Of a stretch of 34,858 nt of DNA, positions 22,224-34,731 are shown piece after piece; the first letter of the stretch is position 1; each line of letters starts with the position of its first letter. The stretch comes from Lama guanicoe (Eukaryota), in the NCBI GenBank assembly GCA_013239625.1, contig MU054268.1:1-34858 (forward strand). Reading direction: 5' to 3'. A program made the translations under genes and the position numbers. The notes below the pieces were generated by a model. That model did not search any database. It saw only the letters and a list, made by a program, of their open reading frames with translations, and was not told the DNA's origin.

Positions 22224-22756
22224 AGATTCAGACCATGTGGTTTGGGAAGGGAGACTTATTATGATTCCTGTCCCAGCCAGGCCTCCACCCCTACAGGCTC
22301 TGGGCTCAGCCTTCAGGGGCCAGGACAGCAGATTCCAAGACAAAGAGAGAGCCAGGGGATTCCAGGACAGAGGAGGCAAGATGAGGAGAGAAAAGGGGGC
22401 TGAGAAGAGGGGCAGCACTGTGTGCTGGGGAGCATCCACAGGGGATCAGTCCGGCCTGTGGGCTGTGTGACCCTGGTCAAGCCCCTTAAACACTGTGATG
22501 ATCAGTTTCCTCAGGGAGTCTTTGACACTGTGGAGGAGTGGACACAGTGGGGGAATGGTGCAGGATGCACTGGAGAAGACTGGATGCTCGTCCTTGGGAC
22601 ACTGAGCATGTGGGGTCAGAGCCCCGGGCAGGAAGCCCTAGTGTCTCAGCCGATCCTGGAACATAGGGCAGGACTCACTGACACGCAGCAACAGCCAGCC
22701 CAAGAGAACTGGCCGGGACCATTTCCCCCAGCAAGCCCGTGTGTCTCCTCCCACAG

Positions 22757-22916
22757 ACATGGCTGCAATATCTGTCAGGACCCCATGAAGCCCAGCCAGA
22801 TCCTGACCCGTCTCTGCAAGGAGGGCAAAGTGGACGGCCACCACTTCGGCCCCCCGGGAGAGTGAAGGTGTCCAATCGTGTCTTCATGGGACCCTCCGAG
22901 ATCGAGGACGACAATG
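22757..22916 (+). pseudogene. OTOF: OTOF pseudo-exon, frameshifted
   Basis: [52 protein letters not shown]|gtaac. Confidence 0.93.
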
Positions 22917-23099
22917 GTAACAGGACACCAGACGCAGCCGAGGGAATGTCAGAGGCTGAGGAGGGGCCCACAGTTCCCTGTGGTGGGACAGTCCCCAGAT
23001 CATCACCCTAGCATCCCCCTTCTGTCCCCCCAGCAACTGCCCTTCCAGCCCACCCCACACAGCCTTGTCCACTTGTGGCCTTTTCTCTCCCTCTCAGCA

Positions 23100-23200
23100 T
23101 CCCTGTGGGGTACGGAGGTTCTCCCCATTCTGCAGGTGAGAAAACCAAGACCTAAAGGGTTTCAATGACTTGCCCAAGGTCACACAGCTCTTCGGAGGCA
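23100..23200. mobile_element. MIR SINE fragment
   Basis: cccattctgcaggtgagaaaacc...tgacttgcccaaggtcacacagct. Confidence 0.7.
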
Positions 23201-23582
23201 GCGTGAGGGTGTGGGCCTGGGTTGCTCTGGCTTTCCCTATCCCTGCACCCATGTAGCACTTCCCAGAATACCAGCAGGTGTCTCTGCAGGGAAACCACCA
23301 CCTTCAAGGTGCTGGGACAGGATGTGGGGTCTTCCCCCTCTGACCTCAGAACTCAGAAGGATTCTCTGGTCAAGTTCCCCAGGCAGAGGAAACCAAGGAC
23401 ACAGGCCTCTCTGGGCCTGTGTGGCAGCTGGACCAGCTTGGACCAGCCATGTCTCCCTCTGTGCCTCAGTTTCCCCCACAATCACCTGGAGGTGGGGTCT
23501 TTCTGCCCCTGCATCCCTGGCCCAGCACAGGGGTCTTGTTCTGCTGAGCCTCTGTGTACAGCTGACCCACCGGCACCCACAG

Positions 23583-23725
23583 GTCAGAGGAAGCTCATGG
23601 AGGAGAACGTGACGCTGTTGGCCCCGAGGCACTGGGAAGACATCCCCCGTGTGGGCTGCCACCTGGTGCCTGAACATGTGGAGACGCAACCCTGGCTCAA
23701 CCCTAACAACCAGGGCATCGAGCAG
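23583..23725 (+). pseudogene. OTOF: OTOF pseudo-exon
   Basis: [47 protein letters not shown]|gt, 143 nt. Confidence 0.93.
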
Positions 23726-24088
23726 GTGACTGGCCTGGCCAAGCGCTGAGGTTCTCCAGCATTTGGGATCAGGGAGTCCCAACCTGGGTCCATAAGAACA
23801 GGTCCTCATGCTGTTCACTGCATTCCCCAAAGCTGGCGGGCACCCCGCACACGCACACCACGGCACTTCCCAGCTCACGTCTTAGGTTTGAGTGAGAATC
23901 CTGTCAGCTACGGTGGACACCTGGGGTTGCAATGGCTATTGGGGACGTCATAGGAATGGCTGGCATCCAAGGACGAAAACTGATGTAGTGGGTCCTGATG
24001 GGACAAAGGTTGGGAGGGAAAGGAGACCTGGCCTTGCCGGGCAGAGGGAGGAGTCTGTGAGAAGACCTGCCACGACCTCCTTCCTCAG

Positions 24089-24177
24089 GGCCACCTGGAG
24101 TTGTGGGGGCACATGTTTACCACAGACGTGCCGGCTCCTGGGACACCTCTGGACATCTCCCCATGGAAGCCTGAGGA
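24089..24177 (+). pseudogene. OTOF: OTOF pseudo-exon
   Basis: [29 protein letters not shown]|gtgag, 89 nt. Confidence 0.92.
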
Positions 24178-24750
24178 GTGAGCTGCTCGGACCCTGCACC
24201 CCTTCCTCCCTGCTCCGCCCGGTGTCCCTTGTGCAGGAGGCTGCAGGCCCAGGTCACCAAGTCACTCCCGTGTGGCCTTGTAGGAGGGAACAGAGCAACT
24301 CATCAAGAAGGCTATGGGGCCCAGCCAAGGTGACTCCCCTTTGCTGGGACAGGAGCCACACCCGCACTGTGCAGTCAGTGAGGGCGATGAGGACTTTCAC
24401 CCTCACAGACCTACCCCTCCCAGCGCACGCGCACACGCACACGCACACACCCACACCCACAAGACGCAGAAGCCCTGAGAGCCTGCTCTGCCCCCTGACC
24501 ATCCCCACTCTGGGCTGTCGTGCAGCTCTGCCAAGTTTTATTGAAAGCACCTGCTGATGAGATGTGCAGGGTGAGTGCCCAGAGGAGCGGGGTGGGTCGC
24601 AGAGCAGAAAGAGCTCTGGGTCAGGAGCCGAGCCACCTGTCTTTCCTGGTTGACACTGGCCAGGTCAGTGTGCCTCCCTGGTCCTCAGTTTTCCCATCTG
24701 TCAAGTGGCAGGATCAAGTCGCTGCCAGCACTGGCCTGGGTATGTGGAAT

Positions 24751-24896
24751 CAGGGCCAACTGCGCAGACCCATGCAGTTGCTCAGGACCCCACACTTATT
24801 TCAAGATGGCAGTCTTAAAACTCTTCATGTACTCTAACCAAAGGCCCAAGATTTCCATTTTACACTGGGCCCTGCAAGTGATAACAGCGGATTCTG
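24751..24896. mobile_element. MER91A-like hAT fragment
   Basis: cagggcc...catgcagttgctcaggacccc...atttccattttacactgggccctgcaag...tctg. Confidence 0.55.
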
Positions 24897-25564
24897 CCTG
24901 GAATAGCCTCCATGTGGGACCCCCCATGTATGCTGTTCCAGGGCTTGCCACGAGGGGGCACCCCAACCCGCCGTGTCACCAGGACTTGCAGTCCAGGGCA
25001 TAACTCTGCGGACAGTCACGCTCCAGTCAATGTTTAGTGGTTGACTCCACCTCACTCCTAAGGGTTGGAATGTAACTACCTCACTCATTATGACAATTAC
25101 ACCTCTGGGGAAAATCCCTCTGGGGGCAACATAAAGGGGACCAGATTCCATGGTGGTCCGCTGTGAGCTGGAGCAGAGCTTCTGGCCTCTGGTGATGGGA
25201 GATCTTGCTCCCAACTCTCCAAGCCCCGCTTCAGCCACCCCCCAGCAGCCAGCCCCTCCCCTCCCGAGGCAGCCTCCCAGAGACCTAAGTCAGTCTCCCA
25301 GTCCAGGAGTGTGGGCTGGGTCCTGGTGTTCCAGCCAAACAGACTGCCCCCTACCTGGGGCTCTCCTCACAGCAGCCAGGCTGGCTGGATGACCCTCTTC
25401 CTTTTACCCACGGGTCCTCATATGTCCCCACCCCCCCAGCTTCTCTCCACACCTGCTCTCTCAGCTCCAGCCTGGCCCAGGCCTCAGGCCCACCCCCAGT
25501 CCCTAGGACTCATCCCGGCCATCTACCCTCCAGCCCCAAGACCCTGGGGTAACCCTCCCCCTAG

Positions 25565-25708
<144 letters not shown>

Positions 25709-25843
25709 TGACTGGGAAGGGGCTGAGCTGGGTGAGCCCACCTTCCTGGGAAGCAGGAGAGAAGGGGCCAGACAGGGGAGCTGTGGGCTGAGAGAGGCCT
25801 TACCGGCTGTGGCCACAGGTCTGGAGCAGGTGATGCCCCACGG

Positions 25844-26085
25844 GTGGCCAAGGGGTCACCAGGAGGTCCAGCAAGACACGGATGTCCACCACCACCCCCT
25901 CACTGGCAAGGGCAGGCTCAGCTGGCACTGCCTGTTCCCCTTCGACTACCTGGCTGCCAAGGAAAAGACTGTCATCTCCAAGATGTAGTCCATGCTGTCC
26001 TGGGATGAGACCGAATACAAGATCCCTGTGCGGCTCACTCTGCAGATCCGGGGTGCTGACCACTTCTCTGTGGATGGCTTCCTAG
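25844..26085 (+). pseudogene. OTOF: OTOF pseudo-exon (C2F), acceptor CAG>CGG, stop at 25986
   Basis: [23 protein letters not shown]...[50 protein letters not shown]|gt. Confidence 0.93.
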
Positions 26086-26213
26086 GTGTGGGGCTAGGGG
26101 ACTGGGACTGGACGGGAGGGGGAAAGGGATGGGGGGCAGAGACAGAGTGAGCCCACCCCAGGTGGGGAGATCAATCAGACAGGATGTCAAAGCTGACTCT
26201 GAAGTTGCCACAG

Positions 26214-26606
<393 letters not shown>

Positions 26607-27065
26607 TGACTGCTGGGCCCCTACCATGCCGCTCCCTGGGGCACTGGAACAGGAAGTATGGGCCAGAACACTCTGGTCTTCTTGCCCCTACTCTGGAGGC
26701 ATCTCTGCCCTCTCCATCCCTTCCTAGGCCACGGCCTCATTGCAGGGAAGCCTCCTCCCTCCTCTCCTCCACCTGCCACCCCCGAATCCACCACCTCCCT
26801 CTGAACCAGACCAGGGGCAACCAGTGCAGGGAAGCAGCACCTCCCACTGGGAGGGCCCCACTCAGCTGAGTTCAATGCCTTCCCTAGTTTTTGCCAAAGG
26901 CAAGCAGCTGCCGTGGTGGACCTGGGGCCCCAGGCAGACTTGATGGCTGGGGAGGGGCCAGGAATTCTGTCCTCCTCTGAGGGTCAGCCCGCAACTTGGC
27001 AGCGCCCCAGCCCTCATCCTCTGGGTCCTTTCTCTGTGCTCCATCTGTTCCTCCTGCTACTTCAG

Positions 27066-27244
27066 CTGGCCTCACACCAGCTTCATCTGGCTCTTGAAGC
27101 CCCTCAAGTCTGCCACTACTTCTGGTGGCACACATGTCGCTGGCTGCGCCTCCAAGTGCCGCTGCTCACACTGCCGCTCCTCCCCCTCGCCCTTTCCTCT
27201 ACTCTGAGCCCGGCCACCTGGTCAAGAAGATCCCTGGGGCCAGA
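27066..27244 (+). pseudogene. OTOF: OTOF first alternative TM exon (exon 47-type), frameshifted
   Basis: WPHTSFIWLLKPLKSA/WHTCRWLRLQVPLLTLPLLPLAL/FLYSEPGHLVKKI. Confidence 0.88.
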
Positions 27245-27789
27245 GTCTGGCATCCTCCTGGGTCTGGTACTCCTCCCTTCCTCCTGGACCTAGGGCTCGT
27301 GCGCTGGGCAGCAGGTGGAACACGCACACGCGCAAGTGCACACATAAGTCCACACACAGCAACTTTCAAGGTTTCAAACGGTATCATACACTCAGACCTG
27401 CAAATGACTGTCTCGCATGATTCCAGAGTAGGCCAGAGAGGAGACGTAACTTGCCCAAGGTCACCTGGCAAATCACCTGACTACGACTCAGCCAAGATTT
27501 CCAAATTGCCAATCCAGTGTCCTTCACACTGTGCTAACTCCTCTCCCAGCAAGATTCGGGCAGATTCGAACCCAATTCCACTGGCAGGAAAAAGTTGAGC
27601 TACGGACAGGAAAGGAGAAAGGCTTTGGCTAGGATTAGCCAGCAAGTCCTGAGGAGTTTCTACCAGCATCCTCCTCCCAGCCCAGAGCCCTTTTCCGCCC
27701 TGCAGGACAGTGAGTGGCTCCATCCCTTTCAAACACCTCGTGAACCAGCATGTGTGTTGCATCACTGGGTTCCAGGCCAGGCTGAGAGC

Positions 27790-27920
27790 TTCATGTGGGC
27801 TTTCTCACTTCACCCTTTCACCAACCCTGGAGGTGGGGTCTACTGTTAACCCTGTGGTACAAGTGAGGAAACTGAGGCTCAAAGGGGTGCCTAACTTGCC
27901 CATCAGAGCTGGGACTGGAA
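27790..27920. mobile_element. MIR SINE fragment
   Basis: acaagtgaggaaactgaggctcaaaggggtgcctaacttgccc. Confidence 0.65.
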
Positions 27921-28599
27921 GCCAGCTGCCCTGTGCCCATGCCCCCCACCCTGCTCTGCAGCCCCCCCCAACCACGCTGAGCAGCCCTGGAGGAGTTGGT
28001 GGGGCAGGAGTTTGAAGAAAGATATTCAGTGCTTTGATTGTCCATCTTGACATTTTATAGAACCTATTGGTTTTGTAACACGATCAACAGAATGTAAGTT
28101 CCACGGGCACGTCGTGGCTCAGAGGCCCCTCAGAAGGCAGAGCAGCAGTGCTGGTGGGCAGGTCGGGGCTGAGGGGGCGTGTGCCCACCCGGGGCCCGCA
28201 GATCCCTGGCAGGGCCTGCTGTGGACTGAAGCAGAAAGGGGGAGAGGCTGAGAAACAGCCACCTCACTGTGAATGTGGGGCACCACAGGACCGCATGGTG
28301 AACTGCCCGACAGGGAAGCGTCCTAAGAAGCAGACTGCGGCTGTGCGTATGCAGGGGGAGCGGCGGCTGCCCAGCTGCCGGACGTGCCATCTCGGCCTTG
28401 GGAGGAGGTGGGGCACTGGAGGGCCCCGCAGAGAGGACAGGGAATGTAGGTCGCAAACCTGGTGCTTAGAGAGGGGCCGGGTCCTCACAGCAGCACTAGC
28501 ACTGTGGCCAGGAAGGGGCCCCTCTTGGGGTCTGGGAGGGCAGAGGGGATGAGGGGTCTTTGAGGTGCCCCCATCTGACCAAGGCTCCCCCGCCCCCAG

Positions 28600-28780
28600 C
28601 CGGCCCATGACGGCCATTGTCTGGTTCCTCAACCCCCTCAAGTCCATCAGATACCTCATCTGAACGCGCTGCCAGGGGCTCATCGTCACGTTCACGCAGG
28701 CTCTGCTGGGGCTGCTCCTGCCAGCCCTCCTCCTCTGCAGCCTCCCTGGCTACCTGGTCAGGAAGCTCTCGGGGGCTGGA
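28600..28780 (+). pseudogene. OTOF: OTOF second alternative TM exon (exon 48-type), stop at 28661
   Basis: RPMTAIVWFLNPLKSIRYLI*TRCQGLIVTFTQALLGLLLPALLLCSLPGYLVRKL. Confidence 0.92.
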
Positions 28781-29557
28781 AGGCCCTGTGGCCTCCCTGC
28801 GGCACCCCACCCTGGTCCGGCATGTTCGCCCCTCCTCTGGCGTGGAGGCCTCGGGTCTCGGGGCCTTCGTCACGCTGGCTGGGCCGGTGATGCCCCCTCC
28901 CTGCCTGTCCTCATCATCCCAAGCCTGCTGCTGGCCAAGTCCCAGCCCCTGTCCCTGCCTGCAGGGTGGGGCTTGTGGGGAGGGGCGGGGGCCTGCCCCA
29001 TCTTGCAGATGCCCCTAAGGAGGCTGCCCCACACCCTCCCCCTGGCCTTCCAGTCAGCACAGAAGCTTTAATGAAATTAACCGAGAATCCTGCAGGGGCC
29101 AGTGCCCAGGGCTTTAAAACAAATGAACAAACAAGAAGCATCACCCTCCTGTCCCCAGACAGAATCTCGCATGGGCAGCCGACGCCAGCAGTGTGGATTC
29201 TGCAGAAGCTGGCCAGGCCCATCGTACTACTCCCACGGGGTGGCCTCTTCCTGGGCTGCTCAGCCCTGGGGCTCAAGCCCAGGCCCAGCCCAGTCTGTAG
29301 GTTTTCCTCCCTTCCCAGAACTTCCTCAGCCCAGCGTGGGGCTGCAGGCCTTGCCCAGAAGCTGGGGGCGTGAGCCCCATGCCCCTCCCCCATAACCCCC
29401 GCAGGTCACCTCCGCCAGGCCTTCCTCGCCCTGAAGGGCCTGCCCCTCCAGCCCTCCAGGTGCAGCTGGGGGTTTGTACTCGAAGTGCTGCCCCTTGCCT
29501 GTGTGAGCTGGGTTTCACTGGGCTGTTTTTCCTTTCTTGATTGGTGATTTTTCTCTT

Positions 29558-29563
29558 AATAAA
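29558..29563 (+). terminator. Probable OTOF-derived polyadenylation signal
   Basis: AATAAA about 780 nt after the last coding exon and before the convergent DRC1 remnant. Confidence 0.55.
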
Positions 29564-30247
29564 AGAAATCAAACACTGAGCTGGCAAATCTGCCATTGGT
29601 CAAATGGGGTGATTGGTGTGGGGTCACAGGGCTGGAAGGCAAACTCAGCACAGGATGGGCCCCTAACCCTGTGGGGGACTTTGTGGCCCAGGGTTCAAGG
29701 TGGGTCTAAGGTACAGGGCTGCCTGCGCAGGCTGCCCACGAGAGGACCCTTAAACCACAGCACAGGGTGCACAGCAGAGTGGACCCAGGGCCACAAGTTT
29801 ACTGAAAAGGTCCTTCAGGCCCAGGGACAGTCTGAAGGCATAGACTCCAAAATGGCCGAAAAGCGCCAGCTGCCACCCACAGACGCCAACTGCTCCCCAA
29901 AGTCAGCAGGGGATCTGTGCCACTGGCCTGGTCCCGCAGCCATGTACCTGTTTTCACACCACACTCTGAGACTGGGGGCAAAGCCCCTCATGACACACAG
30001 GCAGGGCTGGGGCCCATGCCTCACTGGACCTGACCTCTTTAGAGAGATTCAGACACAACTTTACAAAGACTTAAGTCATGGCTGCAGGACACAGGTGACT
30101 TCTGTTGTCACCTTGCTGTGACAGGCCCTAAGAAGCCAGCTCTGGGAAAGCCAGGGAGTGGGCCCAGGCCGCTGCCCGGGGGAGGCCACCTCCGGCACCA
30201 GCGCCCACACCAGTGTCAGCCCTAAAACACAGCCTCTCGAGGGCCCT

Positions 30248-30304
30248 TTATTTTGTGGGGACCCGGAACAGCTGAGTGGGAGGAATTTGCAGTTCAGAAC
30301 TGAT
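30248..30304 (-). pseudogene. DRC1: Orphan last coding exon of DRC1 (CCDC164)
   Basis: Reverse strand ttctccag|ISSELQIPPTQLFRVPTK* versus recalled DRC1 INSELQVPPTQVLRVPTK*; correct tail-to-tail position relative to OTOF; preceding exon not found. Confidence 0.85.
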
Positions 30305-30739
30305 CTGGAGAATAAAGGGTGAAGGTCATCACATTTCCCCCAGGGCTCTCCTTTCACCGGCCTCCCAGGCTCGGGGATCATTCCCTCCCCAAATGCGTCT
30401 GGCTGCCTGGGATAGCCTGGCCTGCCTGCCTCAGAGCACGAGCCCTGGGGCTCTCTGTCTGGCCTCTGCTCCAGCTTGCAAGCCTCTGATATCTCTGTTA
30501 ACCTCCCCCTCGGATCCATCCTCTGGAGCCCTCTCCTCCCCTCTTCCCCCGGGCACCCCGCCCCCGGTCTAGCTCCCGGGGCCACATGTCCCCAGGGCCT
30601 GGGCTTACAGCTGGTCCCCATTGATGAGGGAGGCCCTGTGCTTGACCCGGTGTTAACGCCCCTCAAGCCCACATGAAGAGCTCAACGCCAGGAGCAGGGC
30701 AGAGCAAGACACAGGCTGGGGCAGTGGGGGGGAAGCACA

Positions 30740-31560
30740 TCTAGTCTAGGGTTAGAGAAAAATCTCCCAAGGTTAGTGAAATGTTTAAGCTGACAGCCAA
30801 AGGATCGGTGTCCCAGGAAGAAGGAATAGTATACAAAACCCAGAGGCAACAGAAATGGAATTAGAGGAATTAAAAGAAATTGAACATGTCTCTCAAGGGA
30901 AGCATCAGAGATGGAACAAGAAAGACCAGCTGTGCGCTGATGAGGGGGGTCTGGGGACCAGGTTTAGAATTGGGTGTGACTTTAGGGAAAGGGGTCACTA
31001 AAGGGTTTTAAGAAGGTGGGTGGGAGTAATCTGACTGATTCTTCATTTTAGGAAGAGCACTATTGCTTACATGTAAAGAATGAATTGGATGCAAGAAGTC
31101 CAGGTGAGAGATAAGTCATCTCTGGAGTGGGATGGGTCTACAGCCTGAATGTGCCCAGTCTCGTCTGCAGTGGGATCGGGGTTAGTGGTGGTAGGGATGA
31201 TGGGAAAGGAGTGAGTTGAATGTGCCCAGTCTCGTCTGCAGTGGGATGGGGGTTAGTGGTGGTAGGGATGATGGGAAAGGAGTGAGTTGAAAGATATTTA
31301 GGAGGTAGAATCAGTAGGACTTGCTGATTCATTTCACATAAGCTTGCTAATGTTAGAGGAAAAAAGAAGCTCCATAGAACTGGTGCGAGTCCTGGGTGAG
31401 TGGTGGATTCACTAAGTGAGGAACACAGGGAGGGGGCAGATTCTGCGGGGGGATAATGAGTTCCCCTGTGGATGTCTGGAAGTTTAGTTAACTGTGAGCC
31501 ACCCACATGGTGATATTGCCCACAAAGTAGTTTGAGATATAGGTAGGTAGGTGGGTAGAT
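30740..31560 (+). mobile_element. Ancient L2-like fragment
   Basis: Purine-rich L2-type phrases (agatatttaggaggtagaatcagtaggacttgctgatt); boundaries approximate. Confidence 0.6.
31146..31287. repeat. 71-bp direct tandem duplication
   Basis: 31146-31216 and 31217-31287 differ at one base; TGAA at the unit borders. Confidence 0.95.
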
Positions 31561-31941
31561 AGATAGATGTGTTGTAATTTCAGGAAAAGGACTTGGAATT
31601 CAAAGAAGAGACTGTTTTGATAAGGATGAGGAACCCTGCTCAGTAACTTTACCTGAAGTCTTCAGGAGTTCATCACACTCACCAGCACAGCTTCATAAAA
31701 GGCCAGGTAAGGAGGAGACAGGAACAAGAAGAGGGCAGAAAAATTTATTGCTGAAAATGGAAACTTGAATAGGAAACTAACAAATGCCTCTAGGTCTATA
31801 ATGAAATATCACATGGAGAATGGTGTCCAATTTTTATTCATCTCCCTTAGGACAAAAGAACAAGCTATCTACAACAGGAGAGATTTCTAATAAAAGGCTT
31901 ATTTAATAAAGTTGTTAAAATCTGGAATGAGTTTCTTATGA

Positions 31942-32047
31942 NNNNNNNNNNNNNNNNNNNNNNNNNNNNNNNNNNNNNNNNNNNNNNNNNNNNNNNNNNN
32001 NNNNNNNNNNNNNNNNNNNNNNNNNNNNNNNNNNNNNNNNNNNNNNN
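31942..32047. other. Assembly gap
   Basis: Run of N. Confidence 1.
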
Positions 32048-32960
32048 AAGTGCAGGGCTCAGTGCCTTTTGCACCAACCTATTTTTTGCATGTGACACTC
32101 AGCCTTGATTTTTAATATTTAAAAAAATTAATTCATAAGGCCAAAAGCAATTTTTACTTCTTGGCAATGGAACTGACCAGTGCCTGCTACACAGAGAACA
32201 GTAGTTGGATACATTTGTGACCCCAGGATCTTGCCCTTGCAGCCTTGTCTGCAAGTTTCTGCATTGACTGTGATGCCACAGAACACAGCCAGAAAACGGG
32301 ACCCACCAGCAAGGTCCACTAAAGTTGAAGAAACAATGAACTGCAACCTAAGCTTTCAGGTTCTTGAAAAAAGAGCTATGCTCACTGCGCTCAAGAAGCC
32401 CAGGCAGCCTCAGGGAGGCATATTTTGGAGGCACATTAAGAAGCCTCAAAGCCAAAGGGAATCTACTCTCTTCTTTCACTTTCTCAGAGAAGCCACTCAA
32501 GGCTCCCCAAGGAGGAGCCCGAGCTATGAATCTTGTTCAGATCTCAGATTCATGGCAAGGAGGGCCACGTAAGATCTCTTTTATCCCCGCTGTGTTTAAG
32601 GCTTCTCTCCTCGACTCCTTATTGTAAATTTTCCAGTGCTCTTGATTAAGCCAGGAACTCTTCTTGACCACCATTTAACCTATATGGGTGATTGCTTTAA
32701 CCACAATCTCAACTCTGCCTTGAACCCTTGATCAAACGCTTCAAATCTGAGGACGTTCACATGATGGTAATTATATTTTTAGAACATATGGATGAGAAAA
32801 CATGCAAATGCAACAAGCTCCTATTAACTCCATGAAATGTTTAATGAATTTGTATCTGAGTTATTGTGTCCATAAATTATAGAGAAAAAGCAATACAAGA
32901 TATGTGTGGATATATGGTAATTCTTCAGTCTACAGACACTCAGGTATTCATAGAATAGAG

Positions 32961-33118
32961 CAGTGGTTGGCAACCCTGCCTAAACTGGAATCACTTGGAG
33001 CTTTAGGCAAATTCTGATGCCTTAGCCCCACACTAATCAGTTAAACCATAATTGGTGGGAGGAGGGGTTGACCAGGAGATTTGAATTCTGACTGTTGATC
33101 AGGGTTAAGAATCACTGA
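32961..33118. mobile_element. MER5-like DNA transposon
   Basis: Inverted ends cagtggttggcaaccctg ... cagggttaagaatcactg; internal gaatcacttggagcttt. Confidence 0.6.
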
Positions 33119-34449
33119 ATTAGAGGGACCGTAATAAATTTAAGGCCTTCAGGGCTTCTGCAGAACAGACTGTAAACCACTGCTTTAGAGCTTTCAGGAC
33201 AAGTTTCTTTATTAGCCTTTGTTTTGTTTTGATTTGTTGTTTCCCATCCACTTTCTTCGTAGGCTTAACGCACTGGACCTGCATACCTTACCCAGAACCC
33301 TACTATCCGAACCCGTCACCTGGCCCCACAAAGAAAGGTTAGGAGACCAAGTTCAGTCCCACATTTCATCTACATTCTCCTCCAAATGCCTTACGGACTT
33401 GCAATGTAGAGAAGCTAATGGAAATATAAAATATAAAATGAATAAGCCATTGAAACTCAAACCAATAGATTGCCAAACTGTCTGAAGCTTAAAAGAAAAT
33501 GACCTTTATTGGTACATCAATTAGTAGCACTCATTTAATTCCAATTCATAGAAACATATCCTTACATTTATGACTTATCACAAACACCACTTATTTTCCA
33601 AAAACTGTTTGGAAGGTCAAGCTCTCAAAAATTTTGGTTAGTCTTTAATGATTTGAAATGTACTATTCTGCTTTTCTCCATACAAAGAAGTAAGTAACTA
33701 ATTGTTCCAGACTGATGGAAGGTTTCAAGTCATATTGCATAAAAACAAAAACATGGCATATGGTAACCAGAATGCTTTGGGCCTCCTAATTTGATACTTC
33801 TGGGGAAAAAATGCAAAATTATCATTGTTCTTAATATATATTCACAGAATGTCATCACTCTACAGCAAACAAAAATCTTGTCTCTCTGAATGATTTCACC
33901 AAAAAAATGTGCAGGGTTTCAAATGCTACAAAATACTGTTTCTGAGGCATCATTCTTTTATGGACCTGAACGGTGTGATAGGCGGTGGAGTGGTTTAGAA
34001 ATACGTACAAGTCAGCTCTACTTGGTAAATGTTTACTGGACACACTTGAAGTCTTTCAAACTGAATGGGTGGTTAACAGACACCATAAAATAATTAGAAA
34101 CAGTCATCATTATGACCAAGTTACTTTGTTATTGGTCATTGTTACCTCCAAGTTACTGTCCTTTAGTGGTATTGCTAAAATAAAGTTGGTTTGCTGATCT
34201 CATTTCTTTGTTCTCCCTTTCTCAGTTGACATTTTTTGGTCCTGTCTTATTGTCATCATCATGACTATTATTATTTATCTTTCCTATGACAAATACAAAT
34301 ATATCTCAAGGCATTAGACACACGAAAATGGAAGAAGCACAGTACAGTTGAAACCAAAGTTCCAGGTGAGGTGGTACAAAAGAAAATGATGAATTCTTAA
34401 ACTTCTTTGATAGCACAGATCTCTGTTACAGATATATTGTAAATATGCA

Positions 34450-34731
34450 NNNNNNNNNNNNNNNNNNNNNNNNNNNNNNNNNNNNNNNNNNNNNNNNNNN
34501 NNNNNNNNNNNNNNNNNNNNNNNNNNNNNNNNNNNNNNNNNNNNNNNNNNNNNNNNNNNNNNNNNNNNNNNNNNNNNNNNNNNNNNNNNNNNNNNNNNNN
34601 NNNNNNNNNNNNNNNNNNNNNNNNNNNNNNNNNNNNNNNNNNNNNNNNNNNNNNNNNNNNNNNNNNNNNNNNNNNNNNNNNNNNNNNNNNNNNNNNNNNN
34701 NNNNNNNNNNNNNNNNNNNNNNNNNNNNNNN
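34450..34731. other. Assembly gap
   Basis: Run of N. Confidence 1.

Noticed and set aside
23237..24557. 213-aa and 221-aa ORFs
   Set aside because: Off-frame or antisense reads through intron and pseudo-exon sequence, with no domain signal.
29537..30672. 194-aa and 198-aa ORFs downstream of OTOF
   Set aside because: No recognisable homology; the DRC1 exon lies in a different frame.
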